Source: Octopus sinensis (taxonomy: Eukaryota). From it: a stretch of 64,000 nt of DNA. The notes under the pieces were generated by a model. That model had not been told where the DNA came from and did not search any database. It saw only the letters and a list, made by a program, of their open reading frames with translations. Each line of letters begins with the position of its first letter. The stretch's first letter is position 1. The position numbers and the translations under genes were made by a program. Positions 57,030-64,000 of this stretch are shown here, one piece after another. The stretch covers positions 115,940,001 to 116,004,000 of the forward strand of contig NC_043002.1 of the NCBI RefSeq assembly GCF_006345805.1. The letters are read 5' to 3'.

Positions 57030-57264
57030 TGTATATATATATATGTACATATATATACATATATATATACATATATAAATATATACATGAATATGTATAT
57101 ATGTGTATATACATGTATATAGCTATATCAATATGTATATATATGTACATACATACATATATATGTATATAAATACATATATATATATATATGTATATCT
57201 ATCTATATGTATCTACATGTATATATATATATATGTATATATACACATATAAGTATACTAGTTG

Positions 57265-57643
57265 AAGGTGACCTGCTCTACGCGCGGGTAAGAGTGTGGT
57301 TGTTGCTTTCTGTTGCTTCCTTTCAGCACGTAAAAAGCACCATCTGAACGTGGCCGATTGCAGCGCCACCTTGACTGGCTTCCGTGCCGGTGGCACGTAA
57401 AAAGCATCAACCGTTCGTTGCCGCTGCGAGCCCCCCTGGCACCTGTGCTGGTGGCATGAAAAAAACACCCACTACACCACTACACTCACAGAGTCGTTGG
57501 CGTTAGGAAGGGCATCCACCTGTAGAAACACTGCCAGATCAGACTGGAGCTTGGTGCAGCCTCCTGGCTTCCCAGACCCCGGTCAAACTGTCCAACCCGT
57601 GCTAGCACGGAAAACGGACGTTAAACGATGATGATGATGATGA
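57265..57643 (+). mobile_element. RTE 3'UTR tail fragment
   Basis: Ends ggacgttaaacgatgatgatgatg. Confidence 0.85.
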
Positions 57644-58399
57644 TTCTCCCTCTTTATTTCTCTCTCCTTTCTCTCTCACTTTCCCCACTCTCTTACTTTT
57701 CTTTTCTCTCGGACTCTCCCTCGCTTTCTCTTACTCTCTATCTTTATCTATCTCTCTCCCATTTATAAACAACAAAAGATCTTGAGTAAGTTGAGAAATA
57801 AAATATTTAGAAAGATCAATCATAAATATCAGGCAGTGGCAACAGAAAGGTCTGCTTGAAGGCAGACAGCAAAACGCTAACATTTAAAAGGGACAGACAA
57901 ACTTGCGAGCTGAATAAAAATAATAAAATATTGGAAACCAAAGTTTGAAGGGATAGAATGTGAGGATAGTAGAGTCACCATGGCTGGCATTTCTTAACGA
58001 CGGACAGCAACTTAGTGGCAGTTTAACGGCTGGCGTAAAATTTTGAACTTGATGTAAAAGAAAATTCGTAAACACCAATTCATCATGGACGGCAACACAT
58101 TGACGATTAAAAGGCTGGCGCAAATTTTTTGGCTTGATGTAACAGAGAATTCCTAAACACTCTCTCCTTTAAATTTTAATCCCCTTCCAGCCCCATTTAG
58201 ACCCCTTTTCATATTTTGGTTAATATAACCCGATTTCATTCGGGTCTACTGGGGCCACATTTTATAAGATGAAGAATTTTGTCCTAGAGGTCACGCCTTT
58301 CATTTGAGGAAAAAAATAGCTGTCATGCAAACTTGCCAGCACTTTTAACATAGGTGTGCATAATTTCAGCTGAACCAACCGACCACATAATGCACACGT

Positions 58400-58433
<34 letters not shown>

Positions 58434-59276
58434 CGTATGCATTATATATACAAATGTATACAAATGAGATATATATCTGTATAAATTAAATTAGAGATAA
58501 AACCACTAATAGGCAAATCAAACAGTGAAAAACGAAAAACAAAAACATAAAAATAAAAATATAATATAGAAAATATATAAAATATAAAATTGAAAAATTT
58601 AAATGATTTAAATTTAAAATAAAAATTATCAAATTATATTTATAATTTGTTTAAAAATATATATAACTATGAAAAAGTATTAAAAAGTTTAATATACATA
58701 AATACAGATATATACACTTTGTATATATACATTATATATACATATTTATATATAGAACACACACACACACACACACACATACATTATATATACATATTTA
58801 TATATAGAACACACACACACACACATAAATGAATGCAAGAAATATCTGATTCATAATATTTGTTCTCATGCTTGTGTGTTGTTGGTGGCGACGATAATTC
58901 TCTCTATGAATGCAGACAGATACATAAAAGAACGCCGAAGTGATGGGAAGGTAGAAAACAGAGTGAGTGAAAAAGTGCTGGGAAGAGAGGAAATAGCAAG
59001 AGTGAGTTGAGAAAGACAGATACATTAAAGAACGGGAGTGGACTTGTCAAAGTGGGTTTTTGGCCCTAGCAATGACACCTTTTAAGATAGGGATTTCTAA
59101 GGTAGCCCACGGGCATCGTCACCTCATTTTACATGTCCCTGTAAATTTTGGAGTCAATCCGACGGGATGTAGTGGCCTTGAAAGCGATCCAAGCGGTAAA
59201 AACGCATTTCAGTTTTATATATAGAGATATATATGTTTATATATATATAGAAAGAGAGAGAAGGAGGGTGAGAGAC

Positions 59277-59710
59277 AGGTTGTGTGGAGAAATTTGCTTT
59301 TCAGTCACATGGTTGAGTCCCACTGCATGACACCTTGGGCAAGTGTTTTCTACAATAGCCTCATGCTAACCAAAGCCTTGTGTGTTGATTTGGTTGATGG
59401 AATTTGAAAGAAGGAGCCTTTCAGACACACACGCACACACACATCTTTATATATATATGTGTGTCTATATGTGCATACATATTTGAATCTGTGTGGAAAT
59501 TGTAAATGAGCGTTACCATCTTACATGTGGTGTAATTTGTTTGTAATCTTTTGTGTAAACATGTTCAGCCATGAGGAAATATTACCTTACCTGAAAGTAC
59601 CATGCTTTCACGTGTTAGGAAGGGTCTTTGGCTATAGAAAATCTGCCTCAATGAATTATAGTTGGCTTATGCAAGAATAGAAAAGTGGATGGTAAAATGA
59701 TGATGATGAG
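59277..59710 (+). mobile_element. OK-like SINE head with RTE-type (GAT)n tail
   Basis: gagtcccactgcatgacaccttgggcaagtg...gaaaagtggatggtaaaatgatgatgatg. Confidence 0.6.
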
Positions 59711-60339
59711 TATGATATAAATGACTCAGTAAGAAAGTCCTTTTAATAATAATGAAATTATTGTATACAGTGCTCAGGTGCAGCTTAATGATGTGAGATG
59801 AGAGAAACAAGAAACATTTCAAGATATTCTCCATGATTCTTTCACACAGAATTGCAGGAAGCTAAATGTAAATCCAGAAATTAAAAAAAATTTTGCCATG
59901 ATCTTGAGTAAGTTAATGAATAATAATGAAAAGAATTCATCAATGATTGTAATGTTTACATTGTATCGTATGAAAAACATATCTCTGTATTTGTTGGTGA
60001 AAACAATTTAGCACAGAACTGAAATGAAAATATAATTTTAAGGTATACAAAAAAAAAAAAGCAAGAAATTCAGAAATACATTTTCCATTGCCAAATCCCA
60101 GGTCAACCCTGATGAAGCATTTGAATTATCAGTGCTGTCATTCCAACTGTGACAATCAAGTTAATTTTGTTTCTAAATTATATTAAGCAGAATTTTGGAA
60201 TAGTAATTATTCTCCTTCATTATTTTACTATCCTTGTGTTTCATACAACAAAACTTGTGATTCTGAAAATATGTTTTGTTTTCACCAAAATTTCAATATT
60301 ATATATTTGTGTTTCTTACTTCTGTGTCTTTTTCTTTTT

Positions 60340-60620
60340 CATGAGGTATAGGATTCGAAACCTTCACCACATGATTGTGAGATTGTGGTTTCAATTCCTG
60401 GACCGGGTGGTGCATTGTGTTCTTAAGCAAAACACTTTATCTCATCTCACATTGTTCTGTAATCACTTCGACACCTGACGAGTGGTACACCATGCACCTG
60501 TTCAGGGCAACATCAATTTGATGTAGGGAGGGAATTAATGTACAGCACAAGCATTTAATCACTATAAACAAATAATTTGTGCAGGTTGTTCAGTAAGAAG
60601 TTTCAGAACTATCTTTCTCA
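60340..60620 (+). mobile_element. Degenerate tRNA SINE (head like 18661)
   Basis: gattgtggtttcaattcctggacc...cattgtgttcttaagcaaaacact. Confidence 0.6.
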
Positions 60621-62323
60621 GACTACAGGAGACTCCCATCATCCATCATTAAAAGCATTACTGCTCTGGTCATAAAGCTAGCAAGTCCACAATTTTTGCT
60701 GTCATTACATTTCATAATTAAATGTTTATAAGTTGCTTAACTGCTTTCTTTTTTACCTCTTTATGTGTTTTTAAAATGAAAATTCTTTTTCTCAACATTC
60801 TAAACAATATTTCATTTTCTCATATATATATACATACATACACACATATATTATTCTTATAGAAAAATGTTGTTGACAGTGACTTTGAAGTCTCAGCCAG
60901 CTAAGCCACTGTCTGATGATGAGTTAGCAAGCTGAAACTTCGAAGTCACTCAACATTTTTGTATAAGAATAAATTTGTACTCTACACAAGTATAGAGTAA
61001 CCCATCAGATTAATGTAAAAATGTTTTTATTATAACTGAACATAAAAGCAAACATTGATATGTGTGTGTGTGTATGTGTGTGTGTGTGTACATATATAAT
61101 GTGTATGTAATATGTACTTGGTGTATAATGTGTATGCTAGCAAGCTCACTTGTTATGCTGCCCTGGGAAAACATTTGTAGAATTGATTTGCTTCTTGCAA
61201 GATGTTTCACAAACTTGCCTAATGATAACTAACAACGAACTTTATTAAATACTCTCAAATATATAAAATGAAACTTTGTTTAACTTCAGTCCTTTGTTAC
61301 TTCAAAAATGTACAAATTCAAATCATAAAATATATGATCATGCAACTAAACCCCACTCACAAAATCTGAAACTATTATTATTACTATTATCTGAATACAA
61401 TTTATTGCGATGTCTATTTTTGGGTCAGTAACGGTGGCATAAATGATCATGTACTGAGCAAATAATTTTGTTGATTAATGACAAGTTCAAATCCTGCTAG
61501 TCCTCTTAGACAATGCATTTCATCCCTCCATTCGCCTGCAGGAAATATTTTCTATATTCAATTCAATGGTCTACAGCTGTGCCAATACATCATCTGTGTA
61601 TGTGTGTGCATGTAGATACAAATTATATTATGTAATAGAAATTTATTCTGTGTCAGGGGGTTACTAAATGACTGGGCTACACTAAAACCAAGACATGTAG
61701 TGGAAAGAGGATTTTTTAAATTTCACTTAGATCTGCATATATATAGTTTAACCCATGATTATATATATAGTCCAACCCATGTCAACATGGAAAACAGATC
61801 TTAAATAATGATGATGATAATATATATATGTGTGTGTATATATATATTGGAAGGTTTGGAGATGATGTACAGGTATTATATATTAGAAGAAATGAGGTAA
61901 TCAGAAGATCGGATGGTTCATATTTACAGATATTTATTTATATATTACATTTTTTACATATATATCATATCATTCAGATCATTAGCGCTTTCTCCCATTC
62001 TAGTGGGGTTTCAGTCGAGTGTATTGGCATTGATGTGGCAACATCTGAAATGTTGTCGGGTATATGTTGGCTGATGAAGATAAATCAAGTATATGTGTGC
62101 AGACATATCTTGAAAAATCTGAAACCGGTCCCACATTATCCCTTTCTAGGTATTTCATCTTTCAGATGTTCTCTCTGGAGGTAAGACAAATTTTTTTCAA
62201 GTTTGTTGCACACACGCATTTTTGCCAGTACATACGCAGTGAAGCTGTACATTAGCGTCGTATTTATTACGTTCGCTATTTTCCAGTAAATATCGGTACT
62301 TTGTTATGCCATATATTTACTTC

Positions 62324-62793
<470 letters not shown>

Positions 62794-63019
62794 ATATATA
62801 TATATATAAAATTAAAATTACATTTATGGTAAATTGTATAATTAATACTAAGATCAGTGTACATTATCATTAAAATGCATAATTTGTAGATAGTTCTTCT
62901 TCCACACAAGAATAATTAGCTAAATAAAATGTATGATCAATGTATATTTTATCTCTTTCTGTTTATCAATGTTTTTGAAATTCTGGTTTATATGTTAAAA
63001 TAGTTATTAATGACCTATG

Positions 63020-63220
63020 AATTTGTTAGCATAACCATTATGAAAGTGCTAACAAAATGCATCATGTTAGCGAACATTGAAAGTTACTATAAATTTTTAT
63101 AATTGATATGAAGACCAATAAATTTGTTAGCATAAACGTTGTGAAAGTACTAACCAGATGCATCATATTTGAAACATGGAAAATTGCAAAAAATTTTATA
63201 ATTGATACGAAGACCAGTGT
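63020..63220 (+). repeat. 101-bp tandem duplication
   Basis: aatttgttagcataa at 63020 and 63121. Confidence 0.8.
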
Positions 63221-63569
63221 GTGTCATTGATAAAATTATCATACTCAATTTGGGTGCAGAACATGAACATTGCAAGCAGGTTTACCTCTTGGTGCATTCT
63301 TGGTGCAAGCAAGAAACATTTTGAATCAAAAGTAAGTTAGAAATTAATGAAGTCAAAGATGGAGCCTCACAATAAATTAAGATTCATTTTGTTATTTGAT
63401 AATAGAATTAGAAGGACAATTAAAACCACATCTATATGGAAATTCATCAATATTGGAATTTTAAAGATTTTTTCTGTTTATTCTGAACTTAAAAAAAAAC
63501 TTTAGTTAGTGAAAGTTACACAGGTATGTAATTATTATTTCTTACAGTTCTATATTTAAGAGATGAGGA

Positions 63570-63829
63570 ATTATTTACATTATTTACATTTGACGGATAT
63601 TTGTCCTCATCTTGTTTGTTGTTAACACAACGTTTCGGCTGATATACCCTCCAGCCTTCATCAGGTGTCTTGGGGAAATTTTGAACCTAGTTCTCATTCC
63701 TAAGGTATTTTCTGATGTTGTTGTTGTTGTTGTTGTTGTTGTTCAGGTCACTACCTGTGGGCATATGGTGTAGTGGTTAAGAGCGCAGGCTACTAACCCC
63801 GAAATTCCAAGTTCGATTCCAGACAGTGA

Positions 63830-63865
<36 letters not shown>

Positions 63866-63880
63866 TATCAAAACATACTT
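63570..63880. mobile_element. Composite short retroelement: tRNA-like head (63761-63835, +), inverted partial head, (AAC)n, HHR and (AATGTAAAT)2 tail (-)
   Basis: A box tggtgtagtgg 63766-76, B box gttcgattcc 63811-20, inverted ttcaggtcact/agtgacctgaa. Confidence 0.7.
63624..63669 (-). ncRNA. Minimal type-I hammerhead ribozyme
   Basis: Minus strand GACAC CTGATGA a GGCTG gagggtatat CAGCC GAAA CG TT GTGTT. Intact core boxes, palindromic ACGT stem III. Confidence 0.75.
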
Positions 63881-64000
63881 TGATTTGAATGTCAGATCTA
63901 ATTTCCTTAATTTAGTCAATAAATTCTTTCCTAGTAGCCATAAGTTCCACATAATTTCTAACAAATATAACCTCAAATTTAAAGAAAGTAGTTCCCTTAC

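Noticed and set aside
63761-63835. tRNA gene calls (also at 49433, 62482, 20717)
   Set aside because: A/B boxes are present but there is no proper acceptor stem or oligo-T terminator. They are SINE heads.

Overview
AT-rich, repeat-saturated animal genomic DNA. The repeat families (RTE LINEs with (GAT)n tails, tRNA-derived SINEs, huge (TA)n arrays) look like Octopus/coleoid cephalopod DNA; this is inferred from recognition, not from a search. Most of the window is compound (TA/CA)n microsatellite plus decayed transposons: three CR1-clade LINE pieces, many RTE copies, Penelope-like fragments, a mariner, a maT-type Tc1/mariner, hAT and TTAA-type MITEs, and several SINE families. Almost all long ORFs in the ORF track are microsatellite artefacts. 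One host gene is supported by three spliced + strand exons (38781-38871, 41652-41801, 46511-46665). They encode the C-terminal end of a GH18 di-N-acetylchitobiase-like enzyme plus an unexpected transmembrane anchor and cytoplasmic tail. The most unusual signals are: (i) several minimal type-I hammerhead ribozyme (HHR) motifs, including one downstream of a tRNA-like Pol III head and two in a ~910-bp near-perfect palindrome; (ii) the membrane-anchored chitobiase with a possible alternative soluble terminal exon; (iii) SINEs with shared heads but swapped LINE-type tails.
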